Source: Aureliella sp.
GTDB taxonomy: Bacteria > Planctomycetota > Planctomycetia > Pirellulales > Pirellulaceae
NCBI GenBank assembly: GCA_963691875.1
Contig: OY829846.1
Coordinates: forward strand, 1,696,001-1,760,000
Direction: 5' to 3'
Length of the DNA: 64,000 nucleotides
The translations under genes and the position numbers were made by a program. Under the pieces are notes generated by a model. That model ran no database searches and had not been told where the DNA came from. It saw nothing but the letters and a program-made list of their open reading frames with translations. Of this stretch, positions 18,862 to 28,379 are shown in pieces (the first letter of the stretch is position 1; each line of letters opens with the position of its first letter).

Positions 18862-20136
18862 CTAGCGTTGGCGGCTGATGTAGCGAAGGAAATTGCGTTC
18901 TAGAACTTGCATGTCTTCGCCAAAATACTTCTTGAATGTCTCCACGCGTTTCTTTTCTTGCATTGGGCCGAGTGGCGGGAGCTCCTGAAGCTCGGTCAGA
19001 TAGCCTCTGAATTCCTCTTTCATTGTTTTCATTAGGAAGAAAGTTAGGGCCCAACTCTCAGGATAGGCTAAAGCTGCCTCGCGAGAATTCAGCAGTCGCT
19101 TGTCGGTTGAAATGAGGGTCGAAAGAGAATCGGGTTTTCGCTGCCTGAAATTTTGTTTGAACTTGAGGAGATTGTGCCGGTTCACTTTCCCCATCGACCA
19201 GCCAGATTTGTTCTTGAAATCCGGCGACTCGAAGTACATCGCCATGCCTTCGCTCAGCCAGCGAGGATTGTCTGCTAACCGCGTTTGGAGCCCACTGTTA
19301 TAAGCAATCTGGTGCACCGCTTCGTGAACGATGGTAGCGACGGTACGCTCAGCACCAGGAGACGTCAGGATTTGATCAATCAACTTTCGGTTGGACGCTT
19401 GCGGATTGGTTCCATTGGCCAGGCCGTTGATTCCTGTCAAGTCGTAGGAAACCATTCGATTGGTTTGCATGTTGTAGTATCCGATCATCGTCTTTGCGGA
19501 ATCTCCAACAAAGCGTTGCGCGAAACGAACGTAGGATTGCTGATCGCGGAAAACGACTGCGACAAGCGGAAAACGTGGCTCCTCTAGCTTGATGTCGTAT
19601 ATCTGCTTCCAGTAGTTGTAGAATCCTCGGTACAAGCGTTCAAAAAGTTCCCCAGCCCACTCTGCGTAAGCTGGACTGGTGTTGTAGACGATCAAATAGT
19701 GTTTCGTTTTTCGCAGTGCAAACCCGTTGGGCAGCTGACCTTTGAGTCCTTCAAAGATCTCTTGCTGCGTCATAGGCTGCATCTTTTCTTGAGTCGTCTT
19801 AACAGAAAGTTGTTGCTCTTTGAAAATGGTTTTGAGCTGTCCGTTAGGCAGAAGTGCGAGGATGCCGCCATCTTTGCGTGCCCAGACTTCTGCCAGCGTG
19901 TTTTCCTCCTCACCTTGCTCGTTCTTGTAAATAACACGAACGGTTTCTACATCCGAATCAAGATTGGTTTCGATCGGTTGCGATTCCTGGGCCTCAAGCA
20001 TCTGAGAGGAACTTGCCTCAGTAAGCAAGAGGCAAGCAACGAGCCAGCAGATGCCAAAACGCAGTGCGTTATCTTGCGGCCTGTGCAATTTCTGAACCCT
20101 CGCACACACGCCAAAATCCTTTATGAGAATGCACAT
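18862..20136 (-). CDS. DUF1570-family putative zinc metallopeptidase
   Basis: TIVHEAVHQ (HExxH), PRWLSEGMAMYFE, YPESWAL; signal-like segment. Start may be further downstream. Confidence 0.82.
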   Translation of the reverse strand: MCILIKDFGVCARVQKLHRPQDNALRFGICWLVACLLLTEASSSQMLEAQESQPIETNLDSDVETVRVIYKNEQGEEENTLAEVWARKDGGILALLPNGQLKTIFKEQQLSVKTTQEKMQPMTQQEIFEGLKGQLPNGFALRKTKHYLIVYNTSPAYAEWAGELFERLYRGFYNYWKQIYDIKLEEPRFPLVAVVFRDQQSYVRFAQRFVGDSAKTMIGYYNMQTNRMVSYDLTGINGLANGTNPQASNRKLIDQILTSPGAERTVATIVHEAVHQIAYNSGLQTRLADNPRWLSEGMAMYFESPDFKNKSGWSMGKVNRHNLLKFKQNFRQRKPDSLSTLISTDKRLLNSREAALAYPESWALTFFLMKTMKEEFRGYLTELQELPPLGPMQEKKRVETFKKYFGEDMQVLERNFLRYISRQR

Positions 20137-20258
20137 CGAAAAGAAAAGAGGAGAAGGACTCTCGTTAGCTGAGAATCATTGCGGATGGGAATCAAAGAAT
20201 GCACCTCGTACCCGACGACCGATTTTACTACATTGTCTGGGTAAAAAGACAGCTAGCC

Positions 20259-21167
20259 ATGGAAGAAAGTCATCAGGTGGAAAATCTCCCCGTCAGGAGT
20301 GTGTTTATCGTTGGATCTGGATGGGTTGGCCGTCAGATTGCAGCCAAATTGGTTATTTCTGGCCTAAACGTAGGCCTTCTCGATCGCGATGCAGCAACTC
20401 TCGGGCAGGCGAAATCTTGGATAGAAGAGGCACTTGCACCGGAAAATGCCTCTGTAGCACAGCCCACAATGCAGCCGGACAAGTGGGGGAAAGCGAGCTA
20501 CTTTGAGGATTGGTCGAATGTTGACGCCGACTGCTACGACTTGGCACTGGAATGCGTATCGGAGCAGTTGTCAATCAAGAAACGAGTGCTCCGAGCCATG
20601 TCTACTCACTTGGCTCCTTCCACCATTTTGGCTTCCAACAGCTCTTATTTCATCCCTTCGCAACTTGAACAATACGTGGAGTCACCCAACCGATTCGCCC
20701 ACTTGCACTTCCATGTTCCAGTGCTCCGTGATTCGGTCGTCGACATTGTTGCGGGAAGTCAAACTTACGAAAGTATCCTGACTCGACTAGAAAATTTAGT
20801 CGTATCAATCGGTGCGAAACCTTTGCGGCTACGCAATGAACATCCAGGCTACATCTTCAATTGGATGCTGCAATCGGTTCTCCGGTCAGCGATGGAACTG
20901 GTAGCGCGAGATGTAGTTGATCCAGAGGATGTTGATGCATCGTGGAAGAGTGTGACAGGTATGCCCCTCGGACCGTTTGGGATGATGGATCAGATCGGCT
21001 TGGATGTCATCGAGCAAGTCTTGGCAAATTCACGTTGGATGGATTGGGAAGAAGTACCAACTGAAAAATTGCTCGAGATGATTCGCGTTAAAACCAAGGA
21101 CGGCAAACTGGGTCGTAAGACGTGCCACGGTTTTTATCGATACCCAAACGACCAGCAACTGCACTAG
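20259..21167 (+). CDS. 3-hydroxyacyl-CoA dehydrogenase family protein
   Basis: IVGSGWVG Rossmann motif, ECVSE..IK, LASNSS, HFHVPV, PGYIFN, MPLGPFGMMDQIGLD, GKLGRKT..GFY. Confidence 0.9.
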   Translation: MEESHQVENLPVRSVFIVGSGWVGRQIAAKLVISGLNVGLLDRDAATLGQAKSWIEEALAPENASVAQPTMQPDKWGKASYFEDWSNVDADCYDLALECVSEQLSIKKRVLRAMSTHLAPSTILASNSSYFIPSQLEQYVESPNRFAHLHFHVPVLRDSVVDIVAGSQTYESILTRLENLVVSIGAKPLRLRNEHPGYIFNWMLQSVLRSAMELVARDVVDPEDVDASWKSVTGMPLGPFGMMDQIGLDVIEQVLANSRWMDWEEVPTEKLLEMIRVKTKDGKLGRKTCHGFYRYPNDQQLH

Positions 21168-21524
21168 CTCCGCGACCTGCGAGGTTGCTTCCCAATAGAG
21201 AAGGTTCCAATGTCACCGATCGTAACGTGAGTTGTTGTAGCAGGTTCATTTTGTCGAACTTTCGTTATTTGCTGCTTCTCCTTCGCGGCTTCGCCGCTTT
21301 CGGTTTACGGTGCACTTTTGGTCTGCTGCCTCACGCCATACCTATCACTCACTCCACGACTTCGCCTTGAAATCCATTACAAACAGCTGCGAGACTCGGA
21401 TCCACTCACTTGCAAAGGCATCTTGCTAGTCGCTGGATGCAGATACAGATACGCCCCACTATAAAAGCGCTTGTTCAGACCGAGAACGAAAAAGACAAAG
21501 GAAGGTAACAAGAAACACTGATAC

Positions 21525-21560
21525 AAAAAAACCCTGAAAAACCAATTGGTCCTCCAGGGT
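21525..21560 (-). terminator. Intrinsic terminator of the Gfo/Idh/MocA gene
   Basis: Minus strand ACCCTGGAGGACC-AATT-GGTTTTTCAGGGT followed by a T run. Confidence 0.72.
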
Positions 21561-21618
21561 CGTATCTGTAATTGCTCGTTTTCGCATCTAGATGCGAGAG
21601 GCTCTTCTTCCGTTCGCC

Positions 21619-22956
21619 TTAGGCGAACGGATTGTACTTGCCAGGGACTGGGTGAGGGTACGCACCATCTGGACCAGGCATGGTTGGAGGATCGGTTTCA
21701 AGGGTGTAGCTGTCGATTCCAGGAGCCAACTCCTTGCCCTTCTTCCAGAGATCATCCCATTTGATAACCTTGGCCGAGTAGCAAGCTTCACGGCCAAGAA
21801 TGGCGGTGAAGGTAGACTTGGCACCGTATTCGCCTTCGTTGTAGATGCGGCCTTCCATCAGGGCCTCAATTAAATCGTGCTGCTCTTGCTGGTGACCACC
21901 CTTGCGCTGTCCCGTGAAGGTGTAAGCATTCGGTCCAAAGATCTTACCGGATGGATCAGCGGTGCCCTTCGAACCGTGAACGTACTCGCTAACGTTTGTC
22001 CATGAGTTGCCCAGATGTCGCCCTTGGCTCCACATCTTTGTACCGTCACTGAAGGTGTACTCACAGAAAGTGTGGTCAAAAATCTGCGACTTGGTGGCAT
22101 CGCCATCCATACGTCGCTCGCGACCACCCATTCCGTTGCACTCGACAGGGTACTCACCCTTCACCCAGCATCCGACATCCAAGTTGTGAATGTGTTGTTC
22201 GCAGATTTGATCGCCGCACAACCAGTTGAAGTGGTACCAGTTGTTGCACTGGTAGGCCATTTCGGTTGGCTCCATTCCAGCTGGCAAAAGGTTGTTTAGT
22301 GCGTTTCGACCTCGGTGCCAAATCCCACCACCATTCCAGTACACGCGGAGAGCGATAACGTCGCCGATAGCACCCTGATGGATTTGCTTAACCGTTTCCA
22401 TGTATTGCGGCTCGTGGCGACGTTGTAGACCAATACCGACCAGCAGGTTTTTCTTCTTAGTAACTTCGACAGCGTCCATGAATCGGCGAACACCAACTGC
22501 ATCGGAAGCAACTGGCTTCTCACAAAAGATGTGGCGTCCTTTTTCGGCAGCGTATTCAAACTGCATTGGTTTGAACGCCGGAGGTGTCGCGATGACGACC
22601 AAATCGCAATCGACGTCAATCGCCCCCTTGAAGCCGTCAATCCCCGTGAAGATACGATCCTCAGGAACATCTACCTTGTCAGGATACTTTTTCGACAGCT
22701 GACGGATCGCGTTCTTCGCTTTGGTGCCAAAAGCATCAGCAACTGCAACGAGTTTCACGTTACCCTTGGTGTTCATGATGTTGGCGGCAGCCCCGGTTCC
22801 CCGACCGCCACAGCCGATGACTGCGAAGCGAATCTCGTCGCTACCTTGTGCGTTTGCCGTCCGTGCAATGTTGGATACAGCGGCGATACCTGCTGCAGCA
22901 GTCGTTGTGGTCTTCAAAAACCCGCGGCGACTTTCTTTTTCCGTTTTCTTGGTCAT
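21619..22956 (-). CDS. Tat-exported Gfo/Idh/MocA oxidoreductase
   Basis: SRRGFLK twin-arginine signal; VIGCGGRG, IATPP, CEKP, EQHIHNLD. Confidence 0.92.
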   Translation of the reverse strand: MTKKTEKESRRGFLKTTTTAAAGIAAVSNIARTANAQGSDEIRFAVIGCGGRGTGAAANIMNTKGNVKLVAVADAFGTKAKNAIRQLSKKYPDKVDVPEDRIFTGIDGFKGAIDVDCDLVVIATPPAFKPMQFEYAAEKGRHIFCEKPVASDAVGVRRFMDAVEVTKKKNLLVGIGLQRRHEPQYMETVKQIHQGAIGDVIALRVYWNGGGIWHRGRNALNNLLPAGMEPTEMAYQCNNWYHFNWLCGDQICEQHIHNLDVGCWVKGEYPVECNGMGGRERRMDGDATKSQIFDHTFCEYTFSDGTKMWSQGRHLGNSWTNVSEYVHGSKGTADPSGKIFGPNAYTFTGQRKGGHQQEQHDLIEALMEGRIYNEGEYGAKSTFTAILGREACYSAKVIKWDDLWKKGKELAPGIDSYTLETDPPTMPGPDGAYPHPVPGKYNPFA

Positions 22957-23140
22957 GAGGAGGGGTCCTTAAGGGGATATGAGGATGACTAAGATTCCAA
23001 TTAAGGCTCGTATTGTAAACCAAAGCCTAAACAGCTTCCAGCAGCAACTGCGGGCGGACAGGGCGGATCAGAGTGTCAAACTAGCTGAACTTCAGCTGGC
23101 CAGCGTTGCCAAGTTTCGAACAATCCTAGCTCTGCACCGA

Positions 23141-24778
23141 TTAGTGATTCTGATACTGGACAGGCGTAATCCATCCCAGATCGGGCCACCAATCGGTGTC
23201 ATTGAGCTGAGGTTTGCCGGGAACAGAGCGGCCTTTCACGACTATCTCAGTTATTTTTTCAGTCAGTTGTTTAACCTGCTCGGGATGGGCGGCAGCTATG
23301 TCTTTGGTCTCACTCGGATCGTCGGCCAAGTCGTAGAGCTCCGCTTGCAGTTTTCCGTGAGGCATGACGAGTTTCAGCGTGCCGGCACGAATGGCAAATC
23401 GCCCGTTCGCGGCATGATGAATCATTGGGAGGCGGGTTTGGTCACCAACCTCCCTCGTCTGCTGGGCGATTGGAGCGGTCCTCAAAAAACCAGCAAAACT
23501 TTGACTGTCTTCACCGGCAGAATCCGGCAGCTCAAAGTCGACGATTTCTGCAAGCGTCGCCAGCAGGTCGGTCTGGCAAACTCGGCGGCTAGCTTTGCGA
23601 CCGGCTGCTGCCACTCCCGCTGGCCAACGCACATAAAATGGCACTCGATGCCCACCTTCGTAGATCGAACGTTTTCCGCCTCGATAAATGAAGTTACTCT
23701 GATGCTGAAACCGCTCAGCACGTTGCACCCAGGATTTCTCAGGACCATTATCACTGGTGTAAATCACAATCGTGTTCTCGGCGAGATCTGCTTCATCGAG
23801 GTAGTTGAGAATTTCTCCTACATGATGATCCGTCTCGATCATAAATTCCCCATAGCCGCCGGCATTGCCTTGCCCGTGAAACTCAGGCACAGGACAAACC
23901 GGATAATGAGGTGAAGTGTACGGCAAGTAAAGGAAGAATGGTTGCTCGGGTGCTTTTTTCTGATGCCCTTGAATCCAAGTGATGGCTTGCTTCGTAAAAC
24001 GAGTCAGGCATTGGTTGTCGATAAAATCCGGTGCGACCTCCATCCCGCGCTTACCAAGTACCTCTTCCGTTGCTGCCGCTGACTTTTGATAGGGCGGCAT
24101 AATGCGGTAGTCCGGATGCCGCTGGTTCGGTTTCTTTGCCGTGAAAACCGTGGGCGGAACTTTCGCATAGCGGCCATCGAACCAAGCAAGCACGCCGTAA
24201 TTAAGCGATGCTGGAACGCCGAAGAAATAGTCAAAGCCTTTGTCGAGGGGCATATCCTGCACGGGCAGCATCCAGTCACGGTCTTGATGACTTTCTCCAG
24301 GAAAATCCATTCCCAAGTGCCACTTGCCAACCATCGCCGTCGCGTAGCCTTTTTGCTTGAGCATACCAGGCAGCGTCAATCTGCCATCCTCGATCAGGCA
24401 CTTTCCCTCCGCCCCCATCACTCCCTTTTTCAGCCTTGTTCTCCATGCATAACGTCCAGTTAACAAACCATAGCGGGAAGGAGTGCAAACCGTATCGCTG
24501 CAGTGAGCATCGGTAAACGCTAGCCCTTCTCGTGCGAGTCGGTCTAAGTTCGGCGTTGCGAACTTGCAGTCAGGATTCAAATTCGCGGCATCACCGTACC
24601 CTTGGTCGTCCGTGTAGATCAGAACCACGTTGGGTAGCGAAGACGACTTGGGCTCCTTCGCAGGCACTAGACTGCATGGCAAAATAATACAGAGAAGCGG
24701 AACCAAGCGGCTGTACGGGGCGAACTCCGCTTCCCAGCTACGTTTTGTTGCGATCATTTGCATCCGAGGAGATCTCAT
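23141..24778 (-). CDS. Arylsulfatase (formylglycine-dependent, Cys type)
   Basis: PNVVLIYTDDQGYGD, CTPSRYGLLTG, GKWHLG, SDNG, YEGGHRVP, ELYDLADDPSE. Confidence 0.95.
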   Translation of the reverse strand: MRSPRMQMIATKRSWEAEFAPYSRLVPLLCIILPCSLVPAKEPKSSSLPNVVLIYTDDQGYGDAANLNPDCKFATPNLDRLAREGLAFTDAHCSDTVCTPSRYGLLTGRYAWRTRLKKGVMGAEGKCLIEDGRLTLPGMLKQKGYATAMVGKWHLGMDFPGESHQDRDWMLPVQDMPLDKGFDYFFGVPASLNYGVLAWFDGRYAKVPPTVFTAKKPNQRHPDYRIMPPYQKSAAATEEVLGKRGMEVAPDFIDNQCLTRFTKQAITWIQGHQKKAPEQPFFLYLPYTSPHYPVCPVPEFHGQGNAGGYGEFMIETDHHVGEILNYLDEADLAENTIVIYTSDNGPEKSWVQRAERFQHQSNFIYRGGKRSIYEGGHRVPFYVRWPAGVAAAGRKASRRVCQTDLLATLAEIVDFELPDSAGEDSQSFAGFLRTAPIAQQTREVGDQTRLPMIHHAANGRFAIRAGTLKLVMPHGKLQAELYDLADDPSETKDIAAAHPEQVKQLTEKITEIVVKGRSVPGKPQLNDTDWWPDLGWITPVQYQNH

Positions 24779-24826
24779 GGCATGTTTAGAATCAAGTATC
24801 GTCCTGGCACTAGTTTAGCAGGCTGA

Positions 24827-25774
24827 ATGATGAGCAGAGTTGTTTATCCTGTCTCGATACGCGGACTGACAAAATCTTACGGCAATTTTCATTGCTTGCG
24901 CGGGTGTGATCTGGAAGTTCCAAGCGACGGTGTGTTCGGACTGCTGGGGCCGAACGGGGCTGGCAAGTCGACTTTACTACGCATGCTGCTCGGTTTTCTC
25001 AGCATCACCAGTGGCGAGGCGAGTGTGTGTGGCTACGACGTACGCAGAGAATCTTTGCAGGTCCGCAGAAGTACCGCTTATCTGCCCGGTGATCCGCGGC
25101 TTTATCGTACGATGACTGGCAAACGACTGTTGCGCATGTTCTCAAATTTACACCCCAGTTCGACCTTGAAGGGATGTTTGCGAGTCGCGGATAAGTTGGA
25201 CTTGGATTTGTCACGGATGGTGATGTTCATGTCTACAGGCATGCGACAGAAGTTGGCTCTATCAGTAGTGCTTGGTTGTGAGGCTCCCTTGGTGATGTTG
25301 GACGAGCCGACTGCGAATTTGGATCCCAACGTTCGTCAAACAGTGCTTGAGTTGATCCGCGAAGTGCGTGATTCAGGGCGCACGGTAATGCTCTCTTCGC
25401 ACATTTTCAGTGATATCGACGAAACTTGTAACCGAGTGGCCATTCTGCGTGATGGAAAGATTGTCACGACGCAAACGATGGATTCCATCTCACATTCCTA
25501 CATCGTTGTGGCTCGATGTAATGCCACGGAGTCGGCAATACCGAAGCTACTCCGACAAGCCCCCCAACTTGAGAACTGGCACTTCCGTGCACCCGCGTTC
25601 GAGGATGGCGAGTTGGAATTACATTTCTCTGGCGAACCATCAGCTTGGTTGCCTTGGCTTGGCGAGCAAGATTTGCAAGTGGGACGCATCGAGAAGGCGG
25701 GAGTCCAAGCCCTTTATCAGCAGTATCACAGCCATTCGGCTGGCGTGGCTACGAGCGATGGGAAGGCACTGTGA
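24827..25774 (+). CDS. ABC-2 type transporter ATP-binding protein
   Basis: GPNGAGKST, MSTGMRQK, MLDEPT, SSH. Confidence 0.92.
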   Translation: MMSRVVYPVSIRGLTKSYGNFHCLRGCDLEVPSDGVFGLLGPNGAGKSTLLRMLLGFLSITSGEASVCGYDVRRESLQVRRSTAYLPGDPRLYRTMTGKRLLRMFSNLHPSSTLKGCLRVADKLDLDLSRMVMFMSTGMRQKLALSVVLGCEAPLVMLDEPTANLDPNVRQTVLELIREVRDSGRTVMLSSHIFSDIDETCNRVAILRDGKIVTTQTMDSISHSYIVVARCNATESAIPKLLRQAPQLENWHFRAPAFEDGELELHFSGEPSAWLPWLGEQDLQVGRIEKAGVQALYQQYHSHSAGVATSDGKAL

Positions 25775-26745
25775 TGCGGCTGCTGCTTCGGAAATATTTG
25801 CAGGAATCCTGGTTGCTACTGAGCGCTTGTAGCGTAATGCTGTTTGCATTTTGCTGGATGCGGATTTGGATCGTGTGCCAATTCGAGCTCGACAAGTTCG
25901 CGCCGATGCTGAAACAGTTCAAAGCCTTTGAGAAGTTCGCTCCGGTGCCACTTGAGCAGTTCTTGACGCATGCCGGAAGTATCGCAATGGCATACAACGA
26001 ACCAGTGCTTCTGCTGTGCATCGTTGTCTGGAGCATCTCACGAGGATCGGACGTGGTCAGCGGTGAGCTTGGACGTGGAACGATGGAGATGCTGCTAGCT
26101 CAGCCGATCACTCGCACGCAGATCGTGCTGAGCCATGCACTGGTTGCAATCGGCGGGTTGATAGTCCTTTGCAGCTGCGTTTGGCTGGGTACCTACTTCG
26201 GCATTACCACCAACACGCGACTCGAGACCATTACGCCATCAATCAATATCAGCTTGCCTTTATTACCTGTTGAAATTCCAATCCCAGCTGGTGAATCAAC
26301 GCAGGTTCGTAGTCCGCTATCAGAAGTAGCTCCGGTAAAATGGTTTGTCGTTCCAACCCTGAACCTTTTTGCGTTTGGATTCTTCCTGCTCGCGATAACA
26401 AGCATGTGCAGCTGTTTTGATCGTTATCGCTGGCGGACGATCGGAGTGATTATGGGCTTCTACGTCATCCAGTTCTTGTTGTTCTTGTTGAGTAAAGCTT
26501 TGGAGTTCACGGGTTGGTGCGGCTACTTTTCGTTTTTCTCTCTGTACCAACCTGATGCGATGGTGCAGTTGGTGCGTAATCACCCGGAAGGCAGCTACGA
26601 AGTAGTTTCTAGCTTTGATGTGGTGGGATGGGAGTTCTGGCTTGGTCCGCTCGGTATGACACTCCTGCTAGTTGCCATGGGGCTGATTTGCTACACAGCC
26701 GGTTGGCGGCGGTTTGTCAAGCGAGACTTGCCCGCGCCTGTCTAG
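25774..26745 (+). CDS. ABC-2 type transporter permease
   Basis: TGATG overlap with the ATPase gene; several TMs; VSGELGRGTMEMLLAQPITR; ends FVKRDLP. Confidence 0.88.
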   Translation: MRLLLRKYLQESWLLLSACSVMLFAFCWMRIWIVCQFELDKFAPMLKQFKAFEKFAPVPLEQFLTHAGSIAMAYNEPVLLLCIVVWSISRGSDVVSGELGRGTMEMLLAQPITRTQIVLSHALVAIGGLIVLCSCVWLGTYFGITTNTRLETITPSINISLPLLPVEIPIPAGESTQVRSPLSEVAPVKWFVVPTLNLFAFGFFLLAITSMCSCFDRYRWRTIGVIMGFYVIQFLLFLLSKALEFTGWCGYFSFFSLYQPDAMVQLVRNHPEGSYEVVSSFDVVGWEFWLGPLGMTLLLVAMGLICYTAGWRRFVKRDLPAPV

Positions 26746-27019
26746 TCGCCAGAAATCCATCAGTCAGACCATAAGAAGTACGGCGGCAAGGCACTGTTAA
26801 GGTATCGAAGCCAGAGCAAGCCATCGCCTGCGGTTGGGCGTTAAGCGATGGTAGCGGGTTGTTAAGGAGAGAAATTCTGGCGGATCCCACTACAGGTGAC
26901 GCGTTGACAAGGTGCGACGAGGCAGATTGAATAAGAACCTACATAGGGGCAAACGAACTATCGAACTCCGTGGCATAAGCATTCTGCTTGTCATCCGCAC
27001 AACGAAATGGAATTCTGTC

Positions 27020-27847
27020 ATGTTTTCACCAGTAGCCATCGGTGATTTTCAATGTGGTGGCGAAGCTCTAACGATCATTGCTGGTCCTTGCGTTCTGCAG
27101 TCCAGGGAGCTGTCTTTAGAGATTGCCAAGAAGTTAAAGCACGAAACCGCCAAACGGAATCTAAACTTCGTCTTCAAAGGATCCTTCGACAAAGCGAATC
27201 GCACTAGCGCAAGTTCCTTTCGCGGGCTGGGCATGGATGGCGGACTCAAAATCTTGGCGGAAGTCAGCAAACAACTTCAGATACCGACCACGACCGACAT
27301 CCACTTACCAGAGCAAGCCGCGCCGGTTGCCGAAGTATGCGATGTTTTGCAGATTCCCGCTTTCCTCGCCCGTCAGACGGACTTATTGCTTGCAGCCGCA
27401 GCTACGGGTACTCCAGTGAACGTAAAGAAGGGGCAGTTCATGGCCCCTGGCGACATGAAGTATGTCGTCGAGAAACTGCAGTCGGCCGACGCAGGTGGCG
27501 TGATGCTGTGCGAGCGTGGCACGTTTTTTGGCTACGGTAGACTGGTGAACGATATGCAATCTCTGCCTTTGATGCGAGCTCATGGAGTGCCTGTCGTGTT
27601 TGACGCCACGCATTCCGTCCAGCAGCCTGGAGGACTTGGTGGCGCGACCGGCGGCAAACGAGAAATGGTTTGGCCTTTGGCTCGAGCGGCAGTAGCTATC
27701 GGCGTCGACGCAATTTTTCTGGAGACTCACCCTGACCCCGATTCTTCGCCTAGCGACGGAGCCAACATGGTTCCTTTAGATCAAGTCGGGAAGTTCCTCG
27801 ACCAGCTCTCTACTTTGCATCAGGCGTGTCAACGTTTTGGCAACTGA
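27020..27847 (+). CDS. kdsA: 3-deoxy-D-manno-octulosonate 8-phosphate synthase
   Basis: [54 protein letters not shown]...SDG. Confidence 0.96.
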   Translation: MFSPVAIGDFQCGGEALTIIAGPCVLQSRELSLEIAKKLKHETAKRNLNFVFKGSFDKANRTSASSFRGLGMDGGLKILAEVSKQLQIPTTTDIHLPEQAAPVAEVCDVLQIPAFLARQTDLLLAAAATGTPVNVKKGQFMAPGDMKYVVEKLQSADAGGVMLCERGTFFGYGRLVNDMQSLPLMRAHGVPVVFDATHSVQQPGGLGGATGGKREMVWPLARAAVAIGVDAIFLETHPDPDSSPSDGANMVPLDQVGKFLDQLSTLHQACQRFGN

Positions 27848-27944
27848 AGCTGCGATTGGTGACTTCAAAATCCTATGGATTGGAGAAAGTGAACCAACCC
27901 ATGCCAGTTCTCCGTACAGATGAATTGTAGCAAAGCCGTGAGTT

Positions 27945-27979
27945 GCCTAAGCGGGGCAAGACGGCCATGCCGCTTAGGC
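27945..27979. repeat. Intergenic inverted repeat
   Basis: GCCTAAGCGG-N15-CCGCTTAGGC. Confidence 0.6.
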
Positions 27980-28295
27980 GGAGGGCGAGTCAGAAACAGT
28001 CCGATTTCGTTTTTAGGCAGCTCGCTTGCGTGAATACACTCTCCGTTGGTAGAAGGCGTCCGCCAGTCGCCACACAATCATGCTTGAAACTCGCAAGAAG
28101 CGGAACGCTTACCTGGGCCGCACAAACCACTTATTCGTAAGCTGGAACATGGAAAAGCTCTATCGAGGATAAGGAATTTCCGTTTCGCAGTAAATCGACT
28201 CGGCCTCATCCACCTATTGGGATTCACTCAGTGTCTGACTGGTAGGGTAGAGTTTCGTGATGAAGAGCCGATACTTCGCAGTCCAACACCCGTAA

Positions 28296-28349
28296 TCCGA
28301 TCCAGGATTCAATTGGTCCGATCCAGGATTCAATTGGTCCGATCTAGGA
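28296..28349 (+). repeat. 21-bp tandem repeat, about 2.5 copies
   Basis: TCCGATCCAGGATTCAATTGG twice, then TCCGATCTAGGA; ends 30 bp before the next ATG. Confidence 0.9.
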
Positions 28350-28379
28350 CCTCTAATTTAGCCCCAGCAGATTGTCTCC

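Noticed and set aside
22979..23914. 311-aa plus-strand ORF
   Set aside because: Antisense shadow of the sulfatase; no protein-like motifs.
28296..28349. Possible CRISPR array
   Set aside because: Repeats are directly adjacent with no spacers, and there are no cas genes.
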